Below, one piece after another: positions 9,215-19,003 of a stretch of DNA of 64,000 nucleotides. Positions within the stretch are counted from its first letter, which is position 1; every line of letters begins with the position of its first letter. Source of the stretch: an uncultured Gammaproteobacteria bacterium (GTDB lineage: Bacteria > Patescibacteriota > Microgenomatia > Levybacterales > GWA1-39-11); the NCBI GenBank assembly GCA_964641355.1, contig CAZXND010000002.1, positions 1,005-65,004 of the forward strand, in the 5' to 3' direction. The notes below the pieces were generated by a model. That model was not told the origin of the DNA, ran no database searches, and saw nothing but the letters and a program-made list of their open reading frames with translations. Both the position numbers and the translations under genes were made by a program.

Positions 9215-10873
9215 CTACATCGCTTTGAGAAACTCTACAAAGAGAGGATGAGGATTGGTTGGTCTACTTTTATATTCAGGATGACCTTGAATTCCAAGAA
9301 AAAAGGGATGAACTTCTTTAGGAAGTTCGATCATTTCAACTAATCCTTCAACAACTGATTTTGCGGATATAACAAGCCCTGCGCGCTCAAAATTCTCTTC
9401 AAATTCTTTATTAAATTCATATCGATGTCTGTGTCTTTCAGACACAATACCCTTCTCTTTGTCAGAAAAACCCTTATGAGTTTCGAATACTTCCCATGCT
9501 CTTGTACCCTCCTTGACCTTTGCATCCCAAGCCCCGAGCCTCATAGTACCACCATAGGCTCGTCTCTCCATTATTTCTTTTTGCTTTGGAATCAAGTGAA
9601 TAACAGGGTGAATGGTTTCCTGATTGTTTTCCTGAGTGTTGGCATCTTTCCAACCCAACACGTCACGAGCGAATGAAACTACCGCAAGTTGCATTCCATA
9701 ACAAAGACCAAGATACGGAATTTTATTTTCTCGGGCATAAGAAATAGCATCTATCATACCCTCTGCTCCTCGCTCACCCCATCCGATAGGAACAATTATT
9801 CCATCAACCTTCCCGATTACTTCTGCACCTTCTTTTTTTACTTTTTCAGCGTCAACCCAAACTGTTTTAGTTTCAAGACAGACGTCCCATGCAGCATGAT
9901 CGATTGCATCAAATAATGCAGCATATGAATCTCTAAGCTTGTAATCTCCTGTTGCAAAGTATTTTCCGACAATCGCGATTGTTACTGTCTTCTTTTTAGG
10001 AGTTTTTATTTTAGCAATAAGATCCTTCCAGACAGAAAGGTTTGGTTCCTTCTCAACAAGTCCAAGACTCTTCATTATCTTTTTGGGCAAATCCTGCTCT
10101 GCTAAAACTAGAGGAATTTCATAGACACTTTCAACATCAGGTGATGAGATTATGTGTCCAGGTCTTACGTTACAAAAAAGCGCAAATCTATCAAGCCTTC
10201 TTTGATCAAGCTTCTTTTCAGATCTGGCAATTATAAAATCAGGCTGAATTCCCATCGAATTTAGCGCCTTAACTGAAAGTTGAGTTGGTTTTGTTTTGGG
10301 TTCTCCAAGATGCGCTGGCGCTGGAACATAACTTACATGCACATGAATCACATCTCCTGGCTTTCTTAGAGTCAAAATTCTTGAAGCTTCATAATAAAGC
10401 ACATTTTGATACTCCCCTGCTGTTCCACCAAGCTCCACCAAAACAACATCCGCGTGAACCTTTTTTGTGACCTTCTCTATTCTTTGAATAATTTCATCCG
10501 TAACGTGCGGAATAGCTTCAACATCTTCTCCGTTATATTCAAATCTTCTTTCACGCTCAATTACAGTATTGTAAATTTTTCCCATGGTTACGAAATTATC
10601 ACTTCCCATGTCTTCGTTAAGATATTTTTCGTAGGAACCGATGTCCATGTCGGCTTCTGTTCCGTCATCACATAAAAAGGGATCACCGTGCTCTATTGGG
10701 TTAATTGTTCCAGAATCAAGATTAAGATAGTTTTCAAACTTTATAGGGGCGACTTTATATCCTGCACTTTTGAGTAGAAGGGCGATGGAGGCAACCGTAA
10801 TTCCCTTACCTATTCCAGAAATTACGCCACCAGAAACAAAAATATACTTTGTGCGAGAGTTTTTGAGCGGCAC
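9215..10873 (-). CDS. pyrG: CTP synthase
   Basis: N-terminal 'KYIFVSGGVISGIGKG' synthetase motif and C-terminal GATase 'GLCYGMQLAV' catalytic Cys motif. 552 aa. Confidence 0.95.
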   Translation of the reverse strand: MPLKNSRTKYIFVSGGVISGIGKGITVASIALLLKSAGYKVAPIKFENYLNLDSGTINPIEHGDPFLCDDGTEADMDIGSYEKYLNEDMGSDNFVTMGKIYNTVIERERRFEYNGEDVEAIPHVTDEIIQRIEKVTKKVHADVVLVELGGTAGEYQNVLYYEASRILTLRKPGDVIHVHVSYVPAPAHLGEPKTKPTQLSVKALNSMGIQPDFIIARSEKKLDQRRLDRFALFCNVRPGHIISSPDVESVYEIPLVLAEQDLPKKIMKSLGLVEKEPNLSVWKDLIAKIKTPKKKTVTIAIVGKYFATGDYKLRDSYAALFDAIDHAAWDVCLETKTVWVDAEKVKKEGAEVIGKVDGIIVPIGWGERGAEGMIDAISYARENKIPYLGLCYGMQLAVVSFARDVLGWKDANTQENNQETIHPVIHLIPKQKEIMERRAYGGTMRLGAWDAKVKEGTRAWEVFETHKGFSDKEKGIVSERHRHRYEFNKEFEENFERAGLVISAKSVVEGLVEMIELPKEVHPFFLGIQGHPEYKSRPTNPHPLFVEFLKAM

Positions 10874-10903
10874 GATTTATAATATCAAAATCACCCACTA
10901 GTG

Positions 10904-11872
10904 TCAAATTGCCTTATTTTTCCCTCTAGTTGCCCAGAGTGTCAAAAAAACCTTCTTATTGAGTAAGGCTATATCTTTTACTCTGAGAGTTGAGATTTCT
11001 CTTTTGCTCCTCATTCCATTTCCTAAAGTTATATGAGCTCCCAAAAGATCAAACCCACCTGTCTGCAAAATATCTAACATTTCAATTAATGAATTTGCAG
11101 GATAACTCGTAGGGTCATGGTGAAACTCCATTACGATCTCTTCTACCTGTTTTAACTTTCCTGATTTTGCCAACTCACGCATAACATATCCCTCCGACCC
11201 CTCAATATCCACTTTTAATAAGTCTATTTTTTCTTCTTCGGTAATTAAATCTGATAATTTTACTTTTGGAATATCAACAAAATACTCATCAGGAGTAACT
11301 TGTGCGCTTCTCAATTCTATATAATCTTGAGTATGCCATCCACTTCTTGGTCCATGTAAATGAAGACTTGCACTTCCATTCAGATCTCCCATAACAGCTG
11401 CATTAATTATCTGAACATTTTTTAGTCTCCTACGCATTGAATTTTCCCGCATAACATTCACAGTTGCAGGATTAGCTTCAACAATCGTTACTCGTGCATC
11501 TGGTGCTCTGTGTTTCCAATAAAGAACAGAGTATATGCCAGGATCTCCTCCTAAATCTATCACTTTGGGTGAATTTGTATTTGGTTGCCAACTTTTATAT
11601 TCTCCTCTTACAAAGATTTCAGAAAATATGTATCCAATTTCTATCATACGCTGTATATAGACAAACGGCCGAACAAGTCTTAAATTCCTCGTCTTACGAT
11701 GCATACCTTCCATCTGAGATAGATCTTCTTGAGCTATTTTTCTCAAAACCCATGTAAATTCTCTTGGAAAGTCAGATTTTTTTCCAACTTTCTCAAAGGC
11801 ATTCACTGATCTAACAAGTTCCACTAAATTAGCCACAGCGAGTATTATACATAAGTTAACTTCACCAAACAA
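10904..11872 (-). CDS. FkbM family methyltransferase
   Basis: 'VIDLGGDPGIYS' SAM-binding G-x-G-type motif and the later 'KVDIEGSEGYVM' are typical of Methyltransf_21/FkbM. Confidence 0.7.
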   Translation of the reverse strand: MFGEVNLCIILAVANLVELVRSVNAFEKVGKKSDFPREFTWVLRKIAQEDLSQMEGMHRKTRNLRLVRPFVYIQRMIEIGYIFSEIFVRGEYKSWQPNTNSPKVIDLGGDPGIYSVLYWKHRAPDARVTIVEANPATVNVMRENSMRRRLKNVQIINAAVMGDLNGSASLHLHGPRSGWHTQDYIELRSAQVTPDEYFVDIPKVKLSDLITEEEKIDLLKVDIEGSEGYVMRELAKSGKLKQVEEIVMEFHHDPTSYPANSLIEMLDILQTGGFDLLGAHITLGNGMRSKREISTLRVKDIALLNKKVFLTLWATRGKNKAI

Positions 11873-11901
11873 ACAACTATTTTCTATGTTTGAGAGGAAG
11901 A

Positions 11902-12756
11902 TTAAATTTCTAAGTACGCTACGAGAGGTTTGTGGTCAGACCCATCTAACGATAACTTTTCACATTTTGAAGATGAAATATTTTTTACCCATAGGTAGTC
12001 TAGCTTTTTTCTAATATGAACTTGGAGCTTTTTTATTAGAAATTCTAAAACCTTTCTTCCTTTGACTAAGTTAATATTGTTTAAATCCGCAGTCCATCCA
12101 GTATCTTTTGAAATGTCTCTAAATTCTCCACCCATAACCTCCTTGTGCATTACCATTTCTTTTCCGCTTTCTAGCAAATCAAAACTATTGAAATCCCCAC
12201 AAACTATTTCGTGATAAAACTTATTTTTTTGTAAATTATTCATTAAATATTCAAGTTGTCTTTTTCTATTTTTCAAACCCCCATTTTGATCGAGGTGTAC
12301 ATTAGTCACTCTAACCTTCTTTGTATTAGTGAGCTCGAAACAGCCAATTATTACCCTCCTCTGAAAAGATTCCATAACACCACCCACAATCCATGAGAAA
12401 ACTTTCTCATGAATTGCTAAAGTGGAATATTTAGGAAGAAACACTTTCTGTTCGCTTTCTAGCTTTAGTACCTTTGTATTCCAAATAATGCAGTTACCCA
12501 TTCCCAATATAGATTTTTCTGCGCCGAGATTACAGATAGCCTTCCACTCCCCACCTAATTCTTTCAATAACATGTCCACCATAAAGGTTTTACCAGGACC
12601 CCAAACGACCTCTTGCAAACAAAATAGGGACACACCCTTATTTGTCATATTTATAATATTATCTATCAGCCTCTCTCGATTAATAGAAAACTGAATATTA
12701 TAAGTGGCAATTATTAATTCTTTTTTTGCTTTTATATTTATATTATACCTTTCCAA
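11902..12756 (-). CDS. endonuclease/exonuclease/phosphatase (EEP) family protein
   Basis: 'ATYNIQ', 'FCLQEV', 'TNVHLD', 'GDFNS' and C-terminal 'SDHKPLVAYLEI' are EEP catalytic-site signatures. Its start overlaps the stop of the upstream PHP gene. Confidence 0.65.
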   Translation of the reverse strand: MERYNINIKAKKELIIATYNIQFSINRERLIDNIINMTNKGVSLFCLQEVVWGPGKTFMVDMLLKELGGEWKAICNLGAEKSILGMGNCIIWNTKVLKLESEQKVFLPKYSTLAIHEKVFSWIVGGVMESFQRRVIIGCFELTNTKKVRVTNVHLDQNGGLKNRKRQLEYLMNNLQKNKFYHEIVCGDFNSFDLLESGKEMVMHKEVMGGEFRDISKDTGWTADLNNINLVKGRKVLEFLIKKLQVHIRKKLDYLWVKNISSSKCEKLSLDGSDHKPLVAYLEI

Positions 12757-13546
12757 CTAGATGACTTCTTATAACAGAACGCAAAGATCTCATAGATTCA
12801 ACTATATCCTCTTGCAATGTCGTTATCGCAACCATTGGTATTGTTCTCCTCCTAGTTATCGCCTCTAAAATAGACTCGCAGTTGTAAACACTAATTCCAT
12901 AACCAACGCCTTCAGTATGCGCATCAGTATTCCCCACTAAAGCTCCCAGCTTTGGATTATTTACGTTTGTCCTAATAAAATCACTTAGCTTTAAACTACC
13001 CGACTTAAACACTACACCTTTTCTACTAATTCTATGCAACCTCGCTTCATTCGCATTAAAAACTTCAATACCATCCATATACAAATTTTCATCGTCCGAA
13101 TTAATAACTTCTCTCAGCAAGTCCAATGATACAGAAGAAGCTATTTTTAAACCCGGATGTGCTATTATTGCAAGCCCATTTTGTTTATGAATCTTTTTTA
13201 ACGTATCTTCTAATGATAAACCTGGCTCTATCTCACTGACTACATTAAGTGCTAATACGTGCCCATCTTTTGAAGAAACTTCAACCCCGGGAATAATCTC
13301 AATAGGTAATTTTTTTTGTGCAACATAATCCACTGCGATACTTGAAGAGGTAATTACATTATGGTCTGTAACCGCAATGGCATCAATACCCGTTGAGATA
13401 GCGAAATCAACCATTTTCTCGGGAGATAGAGTCCCATCTGTCCAGTTCGTATGCAAATGTAAATCTGCTCTTTTATAATTCTCCATTCCACCAAATTGAG
13501 TAGGACGTGGAAGACATACCGGTCTATATTCTCTATGTTCATGCAT
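12743..13546 (-). CDS. PHP-domain phosphoesterase
   Basis: 'ADLHLHTNWTDGTLSPEKMVDFA...DAIAVTDHN' is the PHP (polymerase/histidinol phosphatase) metal-binding signature. The true start may be the internal Met (MENYKRADLH...) about 60 nt downstream. Confidence 0.65.
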   Translation of the reverse strand: MHEHREYRPVCLPRPTQFGGMENYKRADLHLHTNWTDGTLSPEKMVDFAISTGIDAIAVTDHNVITSSSIAVDYVAQKKLPIEIIPGVEVSSKDGHVLALNVVSEIEPGLSLEDTLKKIHKQNGLAIIAHPGLKIASSVSLDLLREVINSDDENLYMDGIEVFNANEARLHRISRKGVVFKSGSLKLSDFIRTNVNNPKLGALVGNTDAHTEGVGYGISVYNCESILEAITRRRTIPMVAITTLQEDIVESMRSLRSVIRSHLVGKV

Positions 13547-13549
13547 AAT

Positions 13550-14653
13550 TTAAGTATTAGAATATGTAAGTCTCAGCCGTTTACAAAACTGAATTAATTG
13601 CGATACTATTTCTGGTTGCTTTGTAAACAAAGATATCTCCTCTGTCCCCAGCTTTACGAATAGTTCATCAAAATTATGAGATCCGATTATGGCAGAGTGA
13701 TCCCCAAGCAATAAAGCTTTTGCATGAATAATGCCTGGATATCTATTTACTCTGAATAGAGGCTTTTGTTGTCTTAAGTTGTGAACCTTCTGAGACATTC
13801 TCGGAGTAAATCCTAATTGGTCTTCTTGCGATGTAACAACACTAACATCTACACCCCTAATTACCGCTCTATTTAGTGCTTTTCTCAAATTTCCAGAAGG
13901 CAGAAAAGGTGATACTAAGGTGATGCTTTCATCTTCCTTAAGGATCTCATTATATGCGTATTCCATAATAATCGAATCGCTTCGCCTTCCTTCATCCACT
14001 AACAAGACATTATTAATATCACAGACATAAATCATATTTGATACAAATGACTCTTGAAAAGATCCATTAAAGACTACTGAAAGATTTTCCACTAAAGCAG
14101 GGTTATTTGTCTTTACCATGAAATCCATCCTTTGTGCGTCAAGAGGAGTCTGGTTTACGCCACCTATATAGGCATTGTCATCAATTATAGAAATTTTTTT
14201 ATGATCCCTTCCCCATACAATGCTTAAGGGAACGTGACGAAAAAAATTTCCCAACCTATTAGTTTGAAAAGTCCAACAATATCTACTTAGTGAATCGAGT
14301 ATTTTTTTTTGCTCTTCGCGAACAAATTTCATATAGTTCTTCTGCTTCCCCAAATAAGGTAGTTGATTAAAGGCATTATCAGTAATAAATTCAGAGTATG
14401 TATCGTATAAAATTTTTACATCTACGCCTCTATTGCTCGCCTCAATCAATCGTTTTGCTAATAGATTTGTAAAATGTCCAGATTCTAAGGCCATAGTCTG
14501 TATCCATACCCTTTCTTTCGCCTTCTGAATTTCTATCAGTTGATCTGTAAGAAAATCAACGGTCTCATATATATTATAGGTTATTTTTTCTCTTTTAAAT
14601 ATTTCAAACATTCTGATATCACTAGCTTTTTCCATAGTCATATTATACACCAA
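13550..14653 (-). CDS. phospholipase D family protein with two HKD motifs
   Basis: Two H-x-K-x4-D motifs (RDHKKISIIDD and HAKALLLGDHSAIIGSHN). No TM segment, so it is soluble and PLD/Nuc-like. Confidence 0.65.
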   Translation of the reverse strand: MVYNMTMEKASDIRMFEIFKREKITYNIYETVDFLTDQLIEIQKAKERVWIQTMALESGHFTNLLAKRLIEASNRGVDVKILYDTYSEFITDNAFNQLPYLGKQKNYMKFVREEQKKILDSLSRYCWTFQTNRLGNFFRHVPLSIVWGRDHKKISIIDDNAYIGGVNQTPLDAQRMDFMVKTNNPALVENLSVVFNGSFQESFVSNMIYVCDINNVLLVDEGRRSDSIIMEYAYNEILKEDESITLVSPFLPSGNLRKALNRAVIRGVDVSVVTSQEDQLGFTPRMSQKVHNLRQQKPLFRVNRYPGIIHAKALLLGDHSAIIGSHNFDELFVKLGTEEISLFTKQPEIVSQLIQFCKRLRLTYSNT

Positions 14654-14739
14654 AATATGGGATACTTGGGTAATCTAATATTGTTTGTTATGTTAAATCA
14701 ATATATTGACTTCCAAAAAAAATGTGATAAAAAAAATTT

Positions 14740-15402
14740 ATGTCTTTCCAGGAAAGAATAGATGACGCAAGAAGAGAAATTAATAGGGAAGTTGCTCTAA
14801 AGAAAAGGGAAAGTGCTCTACAAGAAGAGGAGATTAAAAAGCTAATGGACGAAGGGATGAATGCGGCTCGTAATCGACAAGCAGACCGTTATCTCGAGCT
14901 TGAAGCAACAGGATTAATTGATCTAATTGAGGAAGTTACATACCATCGCATTATCGTTTCACGTCCAGTCCCACCAGGGGAGCAAGAGAAAACTTCACAA
15001 GGATTTGATCCGAAATTCAGGATAATAAATAGAGAAGATACTAAAAGAATAATTGACGAAGCAAGCAATGCAATGCAGTGGGGTGTAACCACCTCAACTC
15101 CCTCACTTAATGAGCGAGGAGTCTGGGATACATCCCTTAAAATATTTATAACTAAACGAGAAACATTCTTTGGTAGTCCTTCCGAAACAACTTTCATTTT
15201 TTACCATGACCCTAGCAAGAGACTTAGAATAAGCGGAAGACAAACAACCTTCTGGGGACCGGTTCCAGAGGGAGATGAAGGAAAAAAAGTACTCGAAAAT
15301 TCCTTAGCAAAAGCATTTGCCGATCCTTTCATACATAGATATACATCTAAGGAAGTTCCACCACATTCACACTTCGGGCCTGATCAAAAGATTAGATATT
15401 AA
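14740..15402 (+). CDS. hypothetical protein (N-terminal coiled-coil)
   Basis: 220-aa ORF. It is the only plus-strand gene in a long minus-strand stretch and is slightly GC-richer than its neighbours. No recognisable family. Confidence 0.4.
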   Translation: MSFQERIDDARREINREVALKKRESALQEEEIKKLMDEGMNAARNRQADRYLELEATGLIDLIEEVTYHRIIVSRPVPPGEQEKTSQGFDPKFRIINREDTKRIIDEASNAMQWGVTTSTPSLNERGVWDTSLKIFITKRETFFGSPSETTFIFYHDPSKRLRISGRQTTFWGPVPEGDEGKKVLENSLAKAFADPFIHRYTSKEVPPHSHFGPDQKIRY

Positions 15403-15423
15403 AATGACCAAACTATAAATATG

Positions 15424-15495
15424 AGCGGCGGACCGGATTCGAACCGGCGACCTCTTCCTTGGGAAGGAAGCATTCTACCACTGAACTACCACCGC
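15424..15495 (-). tRNA. tRNA-Gly (anticodon CCC)
   Basis: Cloverleaf folded by hand: acceptor GCGGTGG/CCGCCGC, D arm GTTC-AGTGGTA-GAAT, anticodon stem CTTCC/GGAAG with loop TTCCCAA, T arm GCCGG-TTCGAAT-CCGGT, discriminator U. CCA is not encoded. Confidence 0.85.
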
Positions 15496-15511
15496 ACGAT
15501 ACATATTATAC

Positions 15512-16012
15512 TTAATGCAAATCTAAGTGTCTCTCAATATAAAAAGTCGTTTTGGCAGCACTTGGCAAGGTTATTCGGAAAGGATTAGGCTTTGGTACAA
15601 AGCCCTCATCATCATTCCTTGGCAATCTAAACCATCTAAGAATTTGTATACGATCTTGAATTAACTCAGGCTCACCTAAATATCTTCTACCTTCAAAACC
15701 AAAAGAAATTTCATATGCATTTTTAAATTTTTTAATAAAGTCTTTATTTTCCCAGAAACCGCTACGTACTTTATTTATCTCAACACCAAGAAGATATAAT
15801 TCATTATCTTCAAAAGTTCTTTCTTCTCTATCGAAATTAAGTCCAGGTCTAATAGGTGGAATTGAATTATCACTTAGTGAATTCAGTACAAATTCTAATG
15901 AAACCCTGCCTGACAACCTAACATGTTGTCCCACAATACGTTCATCAGCTTCCATAGTTTTTTCAAAAGGAGAAAACGAAATACTAGGCGGTAAAGATAG
16001 TCTTTCTATCAT
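15512..16012 (-). CDS. hypothetical protein
   Basis: 166-aa ORF with no recognisable motif. Confidence 0.4.
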   Translation of the reverse strand: MIERLSLPPSISFSPFEKTMEADERIVGQHVRLSGRVSLEFVLNSLSDNSIPPIRPGLNFDREERTFEDNELYLLGVEINKVRSGFWENKDFIKKFKNAYEISFGFEGRRYLGEPELIQDRIQILRWFRLPRNDDEGFVPKPNPFRITLPSAAKTTFYIERHLDLH

Positions 16013-16393
16013 CTATTTATTAGGAATCTTAAGGACCATCCCTTCAGTAATACTATCAGGACTTGATAGGTTATTTGCTTGAGCTATATCTATCCAACGA
16101 AACCCATCCCCATATACACTTACTGCAACATCCCAAAGACCTTCTCCGGCTTTAACAGTGTAACTATTTCCATTAAATTTTTCCTTTGCTTTTTGAGAGG
16201 TTGACTCTGTTTTTACACCTCTGGTTTCAGTTGAAACAGGCTTTTGTCTTTTTGAGAGAAGCAAAACACTTGAAAGGATTAAGGAAAGAACAACCGTCAC
16301 GGTAACCATTCCATATAGAAGGCTCTTGAATGAATCCGTCGACTCAAGGGGAGAAGGAATATTTGTATTTTCTCTTTTTTTTAATTTAACCAT
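16013..16393 (-). CDS. LysM domain protein with N-terminal membrane anchor
   Basis: TM helix at residues ~30-50. The C-terminus 'YTVKAGEGLWDVAVSVYGDGFRWIDIAQANNLSSPDSITEGMVLKIP' fits the LysM consensus. Confidence 0.65.
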   Translation of the reverse strand: MVKLKKRENTNIPSPLESTDSFKSLLYGMVTVTVVLSLILSSVLLLSKRQKPVSTETRGVKTESTSQKAKEKFNGNSYTVKAGEGLWDVAVSVYGDGFRWIDIAQANNLSSPDSITEGMVLKIPNK

Positions 16394-16428
16394 TTTTATT
16401 AACGTGCCTACATTATTAAAATAACTTG

Positions 16429-16502
16429 CGGGAGTGACGGGGCTCGAACCCGCGACCTCTTCCGTGACAGGGAAGCGCTCTAGCCAACTGAGCTACACCC
16501 CC
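16429..16502 (-). tRNA. tRNA-Asp (anticodon GTC)
   Basis: Acceptor GGGGGTG/CACTCCC, D arm GCTC-AGTTGGCTA-GAGC, anticodon stem CTTCC/GGAAG with loop CTGTCAC, T arm GCGGG-TTCGAGC-CCCGT, discriminator G. CCA is not encoded. Confidence 0.85.
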
Positions 16503-16597
16503 AAGTTTGCAAATCAAACTCAGGCTAAGGTGAACGTTGTAATTGTACAGAATTATTGAAGCAAGGTCAATCTCGTGGTAACATAAGTTGAGTATAA

Positions 16598-18376
16598 ATG
16601 CACACTTTTAGCAATCAAGATATCGCTCGACTTTTCAGAAACGTAGCCGCGGCTTACTCCATAAAGAATGAAGCAAAGTATAGATTCCAAATAATTGCAT
16701 ATACAAAGGCCTCAGATATTATTTCGGGAATGAATACGGAAATCAAAGATTTGCTTTATGAAGGAAAATTAAAAGTCCCCGGGGTTGGAACCTCCATGAT
16801 GACACATATCGAAGAACTGTTTGAAACAGGACAAGTAACACACTTTGAGACAGTTATGAAGGAAATTCCAAAATCTGTTTTTGTTCTACTTGATGTGCCT
16901 TCTTTTGGTCCAAAAAGAGCTTTTAAAATAGTTGACGCTCTTAAGCTTGAAAACGCAAATACCATAATCGAGGATGTTGAACGCGCAGCAAGTGAAGGAA
17001 AAATTGCTCCACTAGATGGATTTGGCGAAAAATCCCAGGAAGACATTTTAAAAGCTCTACAGGAATATAAAGTAGGAAAAACAAAATCCAGAAGAATGGT
17101 ATTACCCTACGCTTTCGATATTTCAGAAAAGATCATTTCTTATCTTAAAAAGTCTCCATATGTAAGGCAGATTTATCCTCTAGGAAGTCTGAGACGCATG
17201 ATGTCTACTGTTGGAGATGTAGATATTGCGGTTGACTCTGATCACCCAGAAGAGGTTTTAAATTATTTTGTTAAGTACCCAGGTATCGAAAGAGTTCTAT
17301 CAAAAGGAGATGCAAAATCCTCTATAAACGTTTCGGGTGGAAGACAAGTGGATCTTATGATTCAGCCACCTGATGCATTCGGATCACTCCTTCAGCATTT
17401 TACTGGCTCAAAGCATCATAACGTGGCTCTTCGCGAATATGCGCTAAAAAAGGGAATGTCACTATCTGAATATGGAATAAAAGTTAGGGAAAAAGGTAAA
17501 GAGGTTCAAAAGAAATTTGAGCTTGAAAAGGATTTTTACAAATTCATTGGTCTTGAATTTATCCCACCGGAAATTAGAGAAAACCAAGGAGAAATAGAGC
17601 TTGCAGCAAAAAATACTCTCCCACGTCTTATCGAGCTAAGCGATATGAAGGGTGATCTACATATTCACTCAAGCTACCCAATAGAACCGAGTCATGATCT
17701 TGGAAAAAATACAATGGAGGAAATGCTTGAGAGAGCTATATCACTTAAATATGAATATCTTGCATTTTCAGAACACAATCCAAGCGTTGGAAATCATACA
17801 AAAGACGAAATCTATAGAATATTAGAAACAAGACTTAAAACTATTGAAAAACTTCGCGATAAATACAAAGGAAAAATAAAAATAATAAACCTCATGGAAA
17901 CAGACATCCTTGCGAGTGGAGAATTAGCATTAGACGACAAAGCTCTGTCTTTTCTTGATGCCACGATTGCCTCAATTCATAGCGTCTTCTCAACTCCAAA
18001 AGAAGAAATGACAAAGAGGGTTCTTTACGGCCTTGAGAATCCTAAGGTCAAAGTATTTGCTCATCCATCAGGAAGACTCCTCAACAGTCGCGCTGGATAC
18101 GAACTAGATTGGGAAAAGCTTTTTAAATTCGTTGTGAAGAGGAATTTAGCTCTTGAAATAAATGCATGGCCAACAAGACTTGATCTCTCCGATACTTTAG
18201 TAAAGCAAGCAAAAGACATGGGAGCAAAATTTGTAATTGACACAGACAGCCATGCTGTACATCATATGGATAATATGTTTTACGGAGTAGCGGTAGCAAG
18301 GCGTGGCTGGTGTGAAACAAAAGACATTTGGAATGCCCAACCTTTTGAAAAATTCAACTCTTGGATTAAAAGTTGA
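16598..18376 (+). CDS. DNA polymerase X family protein with C-terminal PHP domain
   Basis: Pol-beta-like nucleotidyltransferase motif 'GSLRRMMSTVGDVDIAVDSD'. C-terminal PHP signature 'GDLHIHSSYP...AFSEHN...HPSGR'. Confidence 0.85.
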   Translation: MHTFSNQDIARLFRNVAAAYSIKNEAKYRFQIIAYTKASDIISGMNTEIKDLLYEGKLKVPGVGTSMMTHIEELFETGQVTHFETVMKEIPKSVFVLLDVPSFGPKRAFKIVDALKLENANTIIEDVERAASEGKIAPLDGFGEKSQEDILKALQEYKVGKTKSRRMVLPYAFDISEKIISYLKKSPYVRQIYPLGSLRRMMSTVGDVDIAVDSDHPEEVLNYFVKYPGIERVLSKGDAKSSINVSGGRQVDLMIQPPDAFGSLLQHFTGSKHHNVALREYALKKGMSLSEYGIKVREKGKEVQKKFELEKDFYKFIGLEFIPPEIRENQGEIELAAKNTLPRLIELSDMKGDLHIHSSYPIEPSHDLGKNTMEEMLERAISLKYEYLAFSEHNPSVGNHTKDEIYRILETRLKTIEKLRDKYKGKIKIINLMETDILASGELALDDKALSFLDATIASIHSVFSTPKEEMTKRVLYGLENPKVKVFAHPSGRLLNSRAGYELDWEKLFKFVVKRNLALEINAWPTRLDLSDTLVKQAKDMGAKFVIDTDSHAVHHMDNMFYGVAVARRGWCETKDIWNAQPFEKFNSWIKS

Positions 18377-18421
18377 AGCAAATAATTTGACTTTGGGCAT
18401 AGCGTGTGACAAAATATATTC

Positions 18422-18976
18422 ATGAGTTTGCCAGTATGGATTGCACTTGGAGTAATAATCGTCGCCATTCTCTTCATATGGATGACCTACAACTCCCTCA
18501 TCGTCCTTCGCGAAAGAATAAAAGAGGCTTTATCTTCAATCGACATTCAACTTAAAAGACGTGTTGATCTTATTCCTAATCTTATAGAAACAGTAAAGGG
18601 CTATGCAAAACACGAAAAAGAGGTTTTTGAAAAGGTAACAGCTGCAAGAAGTTCTTTAATGAATGCAGAATCCCCAGTCGAGAAAGCAAAAGCAGAAAAT
18701 ATGCTTGAAAAGACACTTAAGTCTCTTTTTGCCGTAGCAGAAGCATACCCAGATCTTAAAGCAAGCAATAACTTTTTGGAGCTGCAAGAAGAATTATCAG
18801 ATACAGAGAATAAGATTGCCTATTCAAGACAATTTTACAATGCAAATGTCTTAGAATATAATTCAAAACTTAAAACTTTCCCAACTGTAGTAATCGCCAA
18901 TTTCTTCTCCTTTAAGGAAGAAGAATTCTTCGCTGCAACAGAGGAAGAAAAAAAGAGCATCAAAGTTAGTTTTTAA
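18422..18976 (+). CDS. lemA: LemA family protein
   Basis: N-terminal TM segment. '[48 protein letters not shown]' and '[36 protein letters not shown]' match the LemA family. Confidence 0.85.
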   Translation: MSLPVWIALGVIIVAILFIWMTYNSLIVLRERIKEALSSIDIQLKRRVDLIPNLIETVKGYAKHEKEVFEKVTAARSSLMNAESPVEKAKAENMLEKTLKSLFAVAEAYPDLKASNNFLELQEELSDTENKIAYSRQFYNANVLEYNSKLKTFPTVVIANFFSFKEEEFFAATEEEKKSIKVSF

Positions 18977-19003
18977 TCCAAAAGCTCCTTCCCTGCTTTT
19001 CAT

